Below, in pieces: positions 26,689 through 41,415 of a stretch of DNA of 64,000 bases. Made by a program: the position numbers and the translations under genes. Source of the DNA: Pecten maximus (Eukaryota). The notes beneath the pieces were generated by a model. That model saw only the letters and a program-made list of their open reading frames with translations, was not told the origin of the DNA and ran no database searches. The stretch is from contig NC_047015.1 in the NCBI RefSeq assembly GCF_902652985.1, forward strand, positions 56,544,001 to 56,608,000, written 5' to 3'. The number at the start of each line of letters is the position of its first letter. Positions within the stretch are counted from its first letter, which is position 1.

Positions 26689-29600
26689 TCATGTTAACGA
26701 ATATTTCATTAATGTGAAAATTTAGTTTTTATACTGTTTTGATATTTATATTTCATATCTAATATATAATGTATAACATAATGCACACGGCTCTAAAATA
26801 TGCTTCATATACATTTAATTTAGTTGATATATAACTGTATTAATTTTATTTTGACTCGTATAATGAATTATTCATATAATACATGAATATTCATTTTTTA
26901 TTTACAAATGTTTAATTACTTTATTCCGTTGTTTTATAATTGCCATGCTATTGTTGATTAGAATTAATTAACATACTTCATAGCATGATGTGTGTCTAGT
27001 TAACAACATAAAGAAAACAAACAAGCAAACCTGATGTTTGGCTTAACTTGTAATACTTTGGGATCAGATGAGAGGGATGTTGAAAAATGGGACGATATGT
27101 CTCGAGAGACACCTTCGGCAGCTGAAACCGATAAGCCTTTCGGAAGCCCTCTGGATCCTACCATTGGATATTATCATAGTTATGCGAATTCAATAAATCA
27201 ATTTAAGTGTAAAATAATTAAATATTAACTTCTTCCTGCCGTCTAAAAATGAAGTATTGACAGTCAATAAAATTGGGATTTACAGGGTGTTGTTTATCGT
27301 GTAGATGAAATGTGCAGGTGATTGAGTAATTCAATGCATTATGCTTTTGGCGAAATATAAAATTTACCGTTAAGGTTGTAAATATGCCGCGACAACAGTC
27401 CCGCGTGATTTGGCCTGTAAGTAGGATTTATAACACATGCAATCACACTTTTTAACATGTTGTAACATGATAGCAATAAAAGTATTAAAAGGTGATAAAA
27501 AACTCTAAAATAAAAACGAAATGCAAGATTTATATTGAATCGATAGCGGGGATAAGATATTAGAAAGAAATAAAACCAGAATCAAATTGCTTTAATTGAA
27601 AAATAGTATATATATATCTGTGACACAATAAATAAAGAAAATATCTAAAATTAATCATATATCTATAAAAGTGAAGTTATCTTCTAAAAAATAAATTTCT
27701 TTCTCAATTTTTCTGTCTTTTTTTCTGTTGTTTTTGTTTGTTTAAATAGCTTAAACGCAGAGATAAGCAAAATAAGAAAATTGTAGTTTAATTGTAAAAC
27801 CACATACATGTAAATAAGAAAATTGATCCGAAAACAATATAATTTGTTTTTATTATATCCTTTTAATCCTATACCACTTTTAACCGAAGTATCATTCGCT
27901 AAGGTATATAAATAATTCATGAGGGTGCATAAAACAGATTTTGTCGGCGTGTAGTTTATTCCTGGTCAAAAGATTGAAAAGAAAAATTCCTAAGAGATTA
28001 AAAATCTATTGATATTTTAAAGTTTAGTTTAAACTGTATTTTATTTGTCAATTTCCATTTAACGATATATATACAATTTAAAAATTATACCAAAAGGGAT
28101 TAGAAACAAGCGTCAAAATACCTATATAAATCTGACACCTATATATAAATATATAAATATCTATTGAAGTTTAGCAATATTCTAACGTAAATAATTTAGT
28201 GAATATATTGAAAACTGTATTGATAGTAAATAGTTATTTCAATTTTTTTGTTTTTGTTTCTAGTTTTTTTAAGGCAGTTGGGTTATCATAGTTTCAAAAC
28301 TAATCTGCAATTATGTTTTATATATATGTTTCACACAAAATAATTTGTGACTTAAAAGGGCAGCTTGTTTGTCAACAATTTCTCCGTGTTTGCTTAGTAT
28401 TACGTTTTCCATTTTTTGAAGTGTAATTCAATAATGAATCATAATATGCCGCATCAACCATCAATGTTAAAGTTAAGATAATTCATTAATGATCATATAA
28501 ATAATTATAATAGTATTTCTTGGTAAAGAATAAATAAGCATGCTATTTGCCGGACGAATAACCGGCGGTTTGTTTACCAATTTAGACTCCGTGTAGCAAT
28601 AGATTATTTTTCTTTTAAAAGAAAAATAATCAATTGAAGCAAAGAGTCTAAATTGGTAATTTATACAATTTATAATTTTCTTTTTGCTTATAATCAATAG
28701 TGAAATATATCAAAAGGTAGTTTTTACGGTTTAATTGTTAAAACAGTTATTAGTTGAAGTAAATATGCTATCGTATAAAAGCGTAATATTTTCAAAATAA
28801 ATTATGATATATTAACATAGAATAAATATTTCAAAAATCAATCTTTATGTAAATATCATGAATATTGTTAATTTATTTCAGGATAAAGAGTTTTTATTAA
28901 ACAGTTCTGCTAATAATGACGTGCGTATCTTAAGTAATACTTTCATAGGAATGTACATGTACTACATATGTTTGAGAAAATCTTGAACAGAATAGAAAAT
29001 GTACTTGTACTTTAACGCTACCCCTCTCGCCCTCCCCCAAACCTCATCAAGTGAGACCTCTTAATAGGTCAATTATTCTGCTATGTTTCATTTTTCAATT
29101 TGTGAAATTTGGCTATTTTTCCTCTTGACAGGAATCGTGATTAAAATGTGAATTCGTGTTAGTTATTGTCCTAAATATGCTATTATACGGAAATCGATTT
29201 TTCCTCCGTCCATAAATAGAAGGTATCGATTTAGTATTATACCGTTTAAGCCCTTAATTCCAAACATAACATAATTTTGCGCAATAGAAAATAGAATCAT
29301 CATCTTAATATTCATTTTAAAACTGTTCCTTACTGTTTATTCTGACTTGTTTGTGTTCTTTCAGATAATACAAAATTTATTTTACTCTTATAAATATTAA
29401 CTTGTATTCTTAGAAAGTATTAACGCCCACATAAATATCATGAACATCACAAACAAACTTCTGAAACAATTAAATTGTATTTCAAATTCAAGCCTTAGCA
29501 AATTCAATTAAAAATATTGGTTATTTTATAAGTGCACGGTTTCAATCGGTGCGAAAATCTGAAAAATACCGATTTAGTTTACGGAGAAAATAATCTAAAT

Positions 29601-31293
29601 CTTCGCCCCGTGCCAGAAAAATATGTTTTTACTGTCTATAAATAAAGGAAGCATTATCGATTTTTCGTGTGGTCATTTCAGGCTAATTAGTGTTGATATT
29701 GGCCGAGAGAATGTATAATTACTGGATGAATTAATTTGGATTTTCAGTACGGTTTTACGCCCGTTTGATGTTCATCTCTACTAAAACTTTTAAAGGTAGT
29801 TAACATCTATTTGCTCCATAAATTCTATAAATAAAGATGATATTTTGCAAAACAAAACCATTTTCATATTTTATGTTAATGTTTTACGCACACGTTTAAT
29901 AGTTTGCTTTAAAAAATATAGGTCATACACTATAAATAATCATATATAGATTTATGAAGTAAGTTTCTTCTAAATTCCAGTTCATTATTAAAGGTGATCA
30001 ATCTATACATAAACATGAAGATTCTTATATTTAATTTACGCAAGTATAAATATATCATTAACAATAAACATTAAAATTATAACGATTCTGGCCTTAAGTG
30101 AAAATATATGATTTGTATAAAAAAACAAGATGATGCTATATTAAATTGATACGTATGTATCATATTGTAGATATTCATAAACAGCATGCGAAATATATAA
30201 TACAATTTAATTTTAAATAAAGAAAACATATCAAAATAACGCCATATTATAAAACGAATTTAAATAGATATATTATAATTTATCTGATATTTATCTTTTT
30301 ACTGTAAACATAGGTGTAAATAACTTAGAAATGTGCATAAATAGACAAAACGAGACATAATTTATCACACAGGTAACATAGAAAATTAACAGCAAAAAAA
30401 TGAAAAATAAATACCTTTTTGAAACGAAATTCGGGAATACCTTGATAAACTAGGCAATACAGGTGAATAGTAATTCCCTATGGTCCGGGAGTTCCAAGTA
30501 TTAATCACAACTGTCGATTTTAATCTTGACGCACGTCTAATAACAAAACATATTGCTTAATACTCTGCTCCTTGAGACTTAATATTTTGGAAATTATTGA
30601 GCACGAGGTCAAGATACCTACACGAAAACATTCTAGGGTCAGAGTAATTCACCTGGCCCGCCGCCCTAATTGCAATCGAGATGACCCGCGAATGATATAC
30701 CGGGTGTTGTTTTCGCTGTCTGAGACCCGAGTTAGGTCAACCTTGGGGCGATTTTAACACGTGTCTAGAGTAGGTATACATACCTATATTGTAGACATAT
30801 GTAAAATTATATTTCTACATGCTAATCTTTAGTAATAACGATTTTTTATATTAAAAGCCAAAAAAAATTTAACAACGAAAATCAATATTTACTGTAGCTC
30901 ATTTTAGATGTATAATTTCTTAACGACTTAATTTGAAGCTTTTTAAGTTACCTTAAAAGAATTATGCTGAGCTCCCGAAAAAGTGAGTTTTTCTCATAAA
31001 ACCAGAAAAAAACAAGGACGGTAGTAGATTCCACCACATCTACATCGATCCAAGATGGCGCCGCTACTTAATGTTCAATTTTGGGAGGACCGCTTATGAA
31101 TTCTGGAGCAAATATCGCGAAAAATAAACAATAGCTGCAAATTCTAAGAAGATGTGTTGATTGTACTAATGCTATTTGATAAATTTAAGTGATAAAACAT
31201 TAATTAATTTCTGCAGCGCCTGGAATTTCGTTCGTTTTGAAACCGTACACCTGTTTGTGTGAGCGATATGTGTGGATGGCCGTTGAATGCAAG

Positions 31294-31358
31294 ATGGCGA
31301 CAAGGGGTTCAAAAGGGATTTTCGCTGAAGGAGAAGGGAAAGAAAATCCAGGCAAAAG
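31294..31358 (+). CDS. candidate first coding exon MATRGSKGIFAEGEGKENPGK(S/R), phase 2
   Basis: Strong start context aagATGG overlapping a YY1 motif, in-frame upstream ATG at 31276, donor AAG|GTAGGT followed by AT-rich intron-like DNA. A different frame from ATG 31268 is also open to the donor (phase 1). Confidence 0.45.
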
Positions 31359-32549
31359 GTAGGTGAAGATTATTGCGATTTATTTCTTGCACATAAAATT
31401 TTCAATTAAATTATTTGGCGATACCCACGGTTATCAATTTAATAAACAAACATGAATATTCAACGAATGAATTTATTTCTGTTAGAAAAAATCAATAGAG
31501 GGTGTAATGAGATGACACATACTTTTTGCTCCAGTTTGTCGAATTTCCAATAAATCCACGTTATTTTCATTACTCTCTAAACAATTTGATTGCAATTTTT
31601 TCCCAGCTGAACGCCGGAATGATTTTGAAAGTTTTTCAACTGAAAAATCGGTGATTTTGTTAAAACGGATACCGCGAAAACCCGGCGTTCCTCCTTATTC
31701 ATTTCAATACACAGAATTATAAATATCAGACAGAAAAAAACGTAAGATAACTAAACTGAATTTAATAGTGAAGACTATTTATTTATTTATGTAAACAAAT
31801 TAAAATAAAAAATATGATAATTTTACATATAAACATATATATAGAATACAGACTCACCTTATATATGCGACACCGTGTAGCTTGTTTATTGTTCAAGTTT
31901 AGTAAACAAAGTCATCTATAGCTTGATATCACCAATACACAACTTAAATGTCTAAAAAATTCTGGAGAATGTCCCAAATATTAACGTTGAAACGTAAATA
32001 CGTCCATTACAACTTGGTCCTGAAACGGGTTTGACCAGCGATGAGCCAAAACTGGCCAGGAAATCGTCCTAGTCGTTACAAAGAAGAACAGGGGGATTCA
32101 AAATGGCGACGAGACTTAAGCCAGGTCTCAGCTTCCTGCTCGCTCGAAGATTGAGATAGTTGAAATTTTGCAAAGACGGACAAAAACTTAGGGCTAAATG
32201 GATTTATTTCAATTAACGCTGAATAAGTCCTGTGGTATGGTAGCTAGACTTGACCCTTCCCCTAGCGGTAAGACTAGTGGATAATCAGCGAGGTACCATT
32301 GGGTCGTTCTAAGCCGTGGGATAAATGAATTGGACAACTTCATTGGGAAACCAAAACCGGTGGAGATATCCATTCAATCAAAGCGGCTAATATATTGGGA
32401 TTTGCTTTGTCGCAAAAGTCGTGAAAAATACACGCGGGGTGCAGAAAGCACAGACAGACGAACTCAGTGCAATTTACCCGTCTGAGGTTTTCGTCGATAT
32501 CAAAAAGGTGTTAATATGATTTGTTAAAGAATTTTTACCTGTGTTTGTT

Positions 32550-32571
32550 ATGTTAAAGAGTAGTTCGGCGG
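32550..32571 (+). CDS. candidate alternative first exon coding end (MLKSSSA, phase 1) after a ~450-nt leader
   Basis: ATG 32550 to CGG|GTATGT; upstream 32100-32550 is leader-like and GC-richer. Confidence 0.3.
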
Positions 32572-34889
32572 GTATGTGAGCAGATAGGTTCAGTATATAT
32601 ATAAATAATGTGAATATTTTAGTGTCGAAGCAAAAATGGAACAAAGACAAACACTTTAAAATTTAAAAGAATTAATAAATGTTTAAATGTTGAAGGACCT
32701 AAACTAGAAAGTTATCTATAAATAGGTTAATGTCTACAAGGATTTAAATAATGAAATTATCTCAGTTGAATTATCGGCTGTGAGATACACCCGGGTATGT
32801 GAAATTGACACTGTTAGCGTGTGTGTCGGGCAAGCGTGTAGATTTCAATATGAAATGTACATTTCAGAGACATTATGTATAATGTATACTTTTCGGATTA
32901 ATCTTATCCCAATTCGATTATGAGAGCAGCCGAATATGGCGACCTGACTTTGAGGTTAGGCGTGAACTTTTGTGGTATATCTTGGACTTAACTTGTTAAA
33001 TTAATGCCTGTGAAATCCAAATATCTCTTAAGGGAATGCATTTAACAGGTAATGAGCGAGAATTGAGGATTTCCATGTCTCCTGTGCCTTGTCGAGTCCA
33101 GACAAACAAATGGTTGTATGATACGAGATAAACAGACAGTCCCATATCTAATTCTACATATAAAACGTCACAAGTATAGTGTTGACATCTCTACCAGTTC
33201 TAAACTTCCTATGATGATAATGATTTATTTTCTCTCGTCGAAATCAGAAAGATAAACAAAGATAAACATATATATATCCGGTCAAAATTGAAATTAAAAA
33301 AAAAATATGTAAAAATGAAGATTTATTCTCGGGATTTTTTGTATATTATTAAATAAATTTCATACCTTTTTCACTGTTCAAAGAATTTTCTTAACCAGTG
33401 TAGTTTCATGTATATCTAATAACTTTTGTTTAACCACTCCACTTGGCATACAAATGGTATATTTTATCAAGTTTAAAATGAAACAATAATAACTGGTTTT
33501 CATAGTTTTAAGATAACACATATTATTTCAAACCGCATTGTTTGTCGGTATCCTTGTGTGTTCATCGGAAAGAAAACAAAAAGAAATTACGAGTGATGTT
33601 TTAACAGTATGACTTTCGATTTTCTGCCATTTATTAGAAGGAATTCTAGATATAAAGATACACTTTTCTACCCGTTGATAGTTTTCTTTTGTTGAAATTT
33701 TCTGATTATTTCTTGAAAGTTTTTGACAATTTAAATATACATCTTGAGATTTCAAACCAAGGCTGATCATTTGTATTTAAACAACAGCTTTTGAATATTC
33801 ATAGAAATATTTATTTAAAATGACGCCCGAAAATGTGAAAACAAAAACATTATTTTTCGAAAAGAATACCTAAATTTCAATGGAGTTATTCAAAAAATTA
33901 TTTTGTCTTTTCTTGTAATTCGGTCAGGACCTAGCTACCGATTGTAATGGAGGTAAACTTGCAGCTAATGAATATTCATGAATCAAGGTGTTGCCCCGGG
34001 ACACACATTTCTATAGGATATGTCCCTTTATCTGTAATTGATTTCACGTAGAAATGTATTTCCTGACCTTTAACCCCGCCTGTAGCCAGGTTTTGGCACA
34101 TTTCTTTGTAAGTAGCGGTAGGGTTCGTGTGTAAATACACTTATGAAAAAAGATAGGAAAATTAACGACATTTCACCTCGCGTCTTGAATATAATAAAAC
34201 TTCAGGAACATATATTCATAGAGATGCACGTAAGTTTCAAACTGATATCGCTTGTAATGTATTACAAATATACAATTTCTATACAAAACATCCGTTTCCT
34301 TAAAGCGATACATTCCGTAAAAAAGACCAATATTTACCGTTGATTGACAAAAAACATACTACGTAATATTCTTATGTCGCAATACTTCTGACGTCATTTA
34401 AATTGCACGGATGTCCTTCGTGCTTCAGTTAAATTCACAGAAAAGTCGGCAGTGGGAATCATTCGTATTGAATATTAGCCGTTAATTGATAAATCGACCC
34501 GACTTCAGTTAATTTCCATTGTATCATATGCGTGTGTTTGTAACACAGGGGAATATCCGATAGATGGCGGAAACAAACGATCTTTGACGAGTAGATTATA
34601 CCAGGAACTTTTTTCCTCTCGCTTTCAAACTCGTAATTTTGTTTTCATAGTGAAAATATGACGTCATACAGTAAACCAGTAAAATGAAATAACCAGATAA
34701 GTTTACTAACTTTTATAAAGTTTTCTTTGTGAAGGATTTTTCTTTTCAACGCACTCAACATTTTGCCGAATATAACATACATAATCAAACTGATATCCGG
34801 AATTCAGAAAATTGAACACATATCTTATATGTAATTAGTTAAACACAACGGTGAACGCTCTGTTTGATATAGTTATGTAAAATCCTCCA

Positions 34890-35118
34890 CATTTTCCAAT
34901 ATTGCGGTCATTATCCAATACGGCCGGTAACACAAAATATAGCGACCATTATCCAAAATGGCGAATATATACATCGTACAATGTGGCGGACATTACCCAA
35001 TATGGCATATAAGATACATTATGGCGGTCACTATCTTATACGGCCGGTAACATAAAATATAGCGGTCATTATCCAATATGGCAGATGATATACAATATGG
35101 CGGCCATTATTCAATATG
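34890..35118. repeat. degenerate repeat rich in caaNatggcg (YY1-like) motifs with a 120-bp internal duplication
   Basis: tacggccggtaacayaaaatatagcg at 34919 and 35039; repeated ccaatatggc/caaaatggcg/tatggcgg. Confidence 0.75.
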
Positions 35119-35629
35119 ATAGCAAAATTAATGTACATGTATATATTATAACACTGTTGATACCTATGATATTATTATGATATCCTCACGCTGAATGACG
35201 TCATAATGTGTCGCAGACATGATAATCTATAGCTTGACATTAAGACTGTAGCCAGTTTATTTCTGGACATAATTTGTAGAGTTGTATGGTAAAACGAACC
35301 TCAAAGGTGTCGAATATGATGTAAAGCTTGTATCCAATCCTGTTGTTAAAATGTTTAAATCAAATTAATCTGTAAATTTGAAAACTTTATTTTGAATCCC
35401 GGCCTTGGTATACTAAGTTTGGTTTGCCGTTCCACCTACATTTCGCAGTATGGTGGCTGATTTCAGCCCTGTCCTACTGTCGCAATGTCTTGAATTTGAG
35501 TAGGATGCATATTGTTATGATAAATGGATTAGCATAATCCATTTTTAAATTAAATTTCACGGAAACAAACATCCTAATGTTCGTAGGTATGTTACAAAAC
35601 AATGTAATCTATAGGTAAAGTTGTATGGG

Positions 35630-35910
35630 TGTTTATAACGAAAGTGCAATGATCATAACAGCGATGTCTTCCGGAAGTTCTGTAATAATAGAAGCGATGT
35701 CTACCGGAAGTGCAATGGTAATAGTAGTGATGTCTACCGGAAGTGCTGTGATTATATTAGCGATGTCTACCGGAAGTACAATGATTACAGCTGCGATGTT
35801 TAACGGAAGTGCTGTGATTATATATTAGCGATGTCTACCGGAAGTACAATTATTACAGCTGCGTTGTCTACCGGAAGTGCTGTGGTTATAGTAGTGATGT
35901 CTACCGGAAT
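35630..35910. repeat. 33-bp minisatellite (~9 copies) carrying the ETS consensus ACCGGAAGT
   Basis: Unit gcgatgtctaccggaagtgc...; exact ACCGGAAGT at 35703, 35736, 35769, 35837 and 35870, with variants at 35670, 35802 and 35903. Confidence 0.9.
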
Positions 35911-38900
35911 GATATTATTATCGTAAATAATGTCATTACTACTGAGATAATAAATTAATCAGATGAATTATTCTTATACACGATGTAACGTTTAATTTCA
36001 TACGTTTTACATGTACGAAGTACACGAGAAGCAAAAAAACTTAACTAATTATTGTTTTAGTGTGTATAGATAGAGCAATGTTGTATCGTGTATTCTAATG
36101 ATTGGAACTCTGACAAGCTATTCTATACACATGTCGACTACATTTTAAAGCACGCAAGTTAAAAGTGTTTTTGTTTTTATTCAAAAGTCGCAATGTAATT
36201 GTACATATGTCAAATCCTATTACGGGCAGTTATACCCAATTTGGACTTTTATGGCTAAAAACCTTTCACATAAATCACTCAATAATTTGAACTTCGAGAC
36301 GTGATTTCATTGATGCTCACCTTGACAATACAAACATCATGTCAGGGGTCGGCCATTTTTTGTCCGTTAATTGGAAATCGATATCCCATTAAAACCAAGC
36401 TATTGTCTTAGTATATATATCCGCGTGCCCTCGTGACGTTCTGTGCCTAGTACGTATCATGAGAATATGAATATTTATCATGGCATATGCACGAGACCAT
36501 ATTTTCATTACATTTTAAGATAAGATCTAATAATTTGTGGCCAATATTCTGTCGCTTGTAACCCTCGTTTGACTATTAAATAAAAAGACATATATTTCTC
36601 ATTCAGTAAGCGGTCGTGACTAATGTTTTTACTGCATTGAAAAGTTTTAAAACACATTTAGAATAACATCGAAATACCAAGCGATACAGGAATACAATTA
36701 CACATTTGTATTTGCTTATTGGTGTGTTTGTAAAAGAATAGCGCTCTTACATTGATATATTAGTGAAATAAATGGGGCGTAAATTTATAATGACAATATA
36801 TTTTAATCATAAAATCTTTATTGTAAATTGGAATTTTTTCAAGTTTTCACATACACGGCTCCATGGTACGCGATGGTACCAGATGAAATCACGTGACCTT
36901 TTAATTGGAAAAAAGTCTGGACGTACAGCTCTAGATTGGCTAATTGACAGGCTAACTGCCGTATTGCGAGTTCAAATCTTTGAGGTTTTGTGCTGTTTGT
37001 ATTACAAACCAACAAGACATATGTGTTTCTGTACTATTTAGGGAACGATCATGTAAGATAGAGCCACAGGGATCACATAGGTTAGACGGAGTCAAATTCT
37101 TTAGAAACAATTGGGTAGCGCGACCTTAAATCGAATTTACAATACACAGTGACCTCCCTTTATTGGCACTGATCCTATGAAGCTCAGAGCAAAACGGTGT
37201 TGAATTGATAATGTTTTTAAATGAATGAGAAAATAACAAGGGGTAATTTATTGGAAATGTCAGCATAGGTCTGACGTAAAGTCAGGTGTGAAAGAATAGA
37301 CTTTAATGGCACTGATTTTACGGAGTTACGCCCCCTTGTAGATAATGTTTCTGATATAAATTACACTGTGTTTTAGTACAGGAGATTCTATCATTGTTGA
37401 TGAGTTATGTTCGTTTTTTTATGTTTATGTATCTTAACTTCGTTCTTTAAGTTCAAACATATGTACAAGTACGTAAGTAAAGTTCACGCGTCTAAACGTC
37501 TATATTTACATCATCCATGTCCATGCAGTAGATTATATTTCATCTAAACGATGTTAGACTAATCGAGGCTCAACACGTAAATTTGCAATAGTTCAAATAC
37601 TGTTTAAGTTTCCGTTCCATGAGGCGAGAGTTCGATCCCCATTTTGAATCATATTAAAGACAAATGTTTATTTTTTCACTGTTTGGCGCCCAGTATTATT
37701 GTGATATAAATTAAAACGGCTTTCTACGATGAAAAAAAAAACATCTTTAAAATAAAACGTTATCATCTATCTGATAATTCCAAATCAGTTGAAAGTAAAA
37801 AAAAAGAAAGCGCTTGGTGGAACATTCAGTTTTTGTCACCAGGAAGGGTATTCCATATTCTAAGTTTTAAATTCATATTTTGAGGAGAGGTACGCAGTCC
37901 CCTAGTAGAATTGGATATTTTTGGGGGGAAAAGAATGCGCGCGCACATGTATACAGTGTAGATTAAAACATCTGTCTATAGTAATTGTTCCATTGTCTGT
38001 TAAAATGTCAACAATAATTTATTTTCTTACTAACCAGCTGTACACAGCAGTGTAAACAGTAAGATCTTTCAAAGATAAAATACTGAAAAAATTGATTGAC
38101 GTGATAATGAGGAATTAAGTGGACATCCCTGTCTTCTCCCTGAATGTACAGATAAAAATGGCCACTGGATACATGTATCGTTTTATAAATAATGTTAACA
38201 GGATTGATAGAAAAAAGACTACATATCCTTCTATTGTCCATGTTTAATTCACGTTTAATCAGCTGATGGCTAATTAACGATTTATCTCTACGGCAATCTA
38301 AACGGAGAGGAGGGGCAGAGGGGATCAAACTGTTCGCTGTTCCGATCATTTAAACTACAGCTAAACCTTGTATTCAAACTCACACACCAAAAAACAGAAA
38401 CACTGGAAATTTAAATAAGGCATAAATAAACAAATAAACATAACAATTATCCACAGTTCGCCTTGTTAATTGTATCTGATAATTAAAAATGATATTGACA
38501 TTTTATATTGCTTAATTACTCCGTTAAAATCCTTTGTATTGATAAAAAAACAACCCCATAAATTACTTATCATTAGCAAGCTTTTTACCGCAGTGTGTAA
38601 TATATACCTAAATGAATTCTTGGAACATTAAACAATTCTAAATATCTGTAGGCATCTTCTTTTTCGCAAGTCATTCACGTTTACAAGGTCTTTTGAAGAT
38701 GAGAATATGCAGAAATCCGCGAAAAATATGTCCGTCTTCTATTCATAGTTGTTGTATTTTACGGAAAAATATAATTTTCATTTCATTAAGGTGTTGTTTG
38801 ACACTGCATTTGAAATATATTTTGTCAAAGTAGTGTTTTTTTGTTTTTTGTTTTATAATTTTCCTAGAAATCAAAACTGATTCCACTCGGAAAGGTCATT

Positions 38901-39465
38901 ACCTTATTTGTACTTGTATTGTGCGTGTACATGTAGAAGTAACAGACATACATGTATATATCCCATGTCGGGATAAACATTGACCGCCACCCATAAATCT
39001 TCGCAATGTGACCATCTGTGGTCAATATGTCCGAAATACTCTTGACCTGTCTCATAATTCTTCGCGATAGCCTTGAATAAGAAACGGACAATTATGATGT
39101 ATACTGGCGGCAAGAACAAGTTGTAGCAAGTATAATATCAAAAGAAAAAACAATGTTGACCGTTTGCGGACGATGGACTGTGGAACCTTAATATTGTATG
39201 TTTAAATGCGATATATTCTTGTGTGTGGGTCTATTTGAGTCTATATCTTGTTTGACCAGAATTCCTAGTACTACGATACAACTTGAACACTTGACTCCGA
39301 GCCAGTCATTAATCATTCGAATTCCTTTTGACGGATTCCAAGAAACCACTGACTAGCGTTATTTCAAGGCCTTCATGTGGTTTTATCAAATCAGGCCCAT
39401 TTTCGCCTCCAGACATTTGTCATTCATAGAAAATTGCAGGAGCACTTCCGACGGTTTATAAACAT

Positions 39466-39522
39466 ATGACAGGGATGCGAAATAACGCTTGGTCTCTTTT
39501 ACAGCAAGAAGAATATGTCAAG
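39466..39522 (+). CDS. candidate first exon (MTGMRNNAWSLLQQEEYVK) or 18-nt micro-exon 39505-39522
   Basis: Open frame to AAG|GTAAAC; internal acceptor-like ggtctcttttacag at 39491-39504. Confidence 0.25.
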
Positions 39523-40232
39523 GTAAACGGATTTTCTTTCTTTCTTTCTTTCTTCAATAATTCAGAGCTACAGAAAAGTTGACGTATGTGTCGCCATTTC
39601 GGTCTTAATTGCTTAATAAGTTTGTTCATTTATAATTACGATTCTTCAAGAGCATTTCATATCAATACAAGACACTGATTTTAAAATTGATAAAAACATG
39701 GTGTTGAATCAAAATATATCAATTACAGAAGTTGCACCATAATGGGTATTCACAGGCTTTTTCAGGCATGAAAATAATTCGAAACGGTCGCCATTTTGAT
39801 CATTCTTGTTTAAAAGTAAAACGAATTCAAAGATTTTGTCCATTATATCTATAATGTACTGTAACTTAATATGTGCATTGTAAAAATGGCAGATTCTTCC
39901 CGATTTTTCAACGTCACCATGCTGATTTTTTTTCTTGTGTCCGTCATAATGACGCAATGGTGTAATGCCGTAATGATCATTGTTTTAACTTTGAGGTCAC
40001 AACAAATTATACCGTTTTGGATGACCCAAGAAAATCATGATTGTGCCTATGTATCATTTCCATGCGATCGAGTTACCTCCCCTTGCAACTTTGACCTTGC
40101 CTGCGATGAACCCGGAAGTGAATTCTGCACGATGAACCTGTTTCCGATTTCAGGACCATCCCGATAAGTAGGTCTGTCGTGTTATTAACGATCTTATTAT
40201 TTTACATGACGTCATACATGGGAATCAAAATT

Positions 40233-40284
40233 CCTAAATGACCATAGCTGCAGATGGGCGTAAAACAAACAAACAAACAAACAA
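40233..40284 (+). mobile_element. SINE 3' tail remnant
   Basis: cctaaatgaccatagctg...gggcgtaaaa followed by (caaa)n. This resembles the 3' ends of molluscan tRNA-derived SINEs (recognition from memory, not a database match). Confidence 0.55.
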
Positions 40285-41415
40285 GATTCTTGGACCAGTA
40301 ATGATTTAAAAGGTTAGCCAAATCAAAGTGAGGCTTACACAAATGTCAAAATAGAGAAGGTTAATATAATCAATTTTGTGCATTTTTTTGAAACTCATAA
40401 AAGGAATAACCCCATAAGCACGAAGTCCATAATCCGTCCATCACTCCTAATACAATCAGTTAAAAAACATCGTCGTAATTATTTGGTACTCTGAGTGACT
40501 ATGTGGCTTCTATTCAAGAAAACTCCAAACTTGGAAAGTTTTAAATAAATGTCAATGTTTTACATAAAGCGTTTGTCTAAGTAAACTAGCTATTGTTTTG
40601 AGGTTATTATGTTACAACCAATCCAAGTATGTCTCTATCTTCATATATACGTTGAAACATTCATTGATGAAACTGACCTAGAAGCTATTAAATAGTGCTT
40701 AGGTTTATTGTTTTGATAGTGATGTGTCTGATTATATTAATACTTATCGTTACAAGGTTTCAATATTCGTATCGTTTTTTTTTTGTATATTGCATGCGCA
40801 TAGCGTGAGCATGCGTGTGGCATCCACGTGCATAATGCTCATGTTACTTATACAAAAACTTCTCTGTAGCATAATTTATGCTTTCTTCTATTGAATGAAA
40901 ATACATATACATTTAAAATAAATACAGAAATTGAAAGCATTTAGAATATATTCGTCTTGGTGATACTGAATTACATGTATGACCTTTTCCCCCTTTGAAT
41001 ATAATTTACCTGTACAATGAAGAATGGGAGAATTTTCTCGATGCTTTATTTGACCCCTATTATATAGAACTGTTCATGCCGACAAAACAGTATTGACGTA
41101 TCTTAACTGTCTTTGATCAATGTTTCGTTCTAGTTTTGCAGCAAGTTCAGCCATTCTTTTATATTTAGTTTTAACCACCGACCGATCTTTCCGTTTTTAC
41201 CTGATGTTGGTCTGTTTTGGAATCCGGACATACGATTGGGTCATACGGAAAAACATTGTTCTTCTATGTTTTTTTATTTTTATTATTTCAAATGGCTAAA
41301 AAAAAATCAGAGACCCGCCCCTTAAACTGTAGTCAATGAAATAGCGTACAGTAGTAATGGAAGGGTTGTTTAATGTGTGCAGTCAGCCGTAACGGACATG
41401 GAAATGGACTAACGG

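Larger units (their letters stand above)
31020..32600 (+). promoter_or_regulatory. probable CpG-enriched promoter/5' region with YY1-type motifs
   Basis: CAAGATGGCG at ~31052 and ~31290 and CAAAATGGCG at ~32099, all in the same orientation. GC/CpG is raised relative to the very AT-rich 27.4-30.4 kb flank. Two ATG..GT exon candidates lie inside. Confidence 0.55.
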
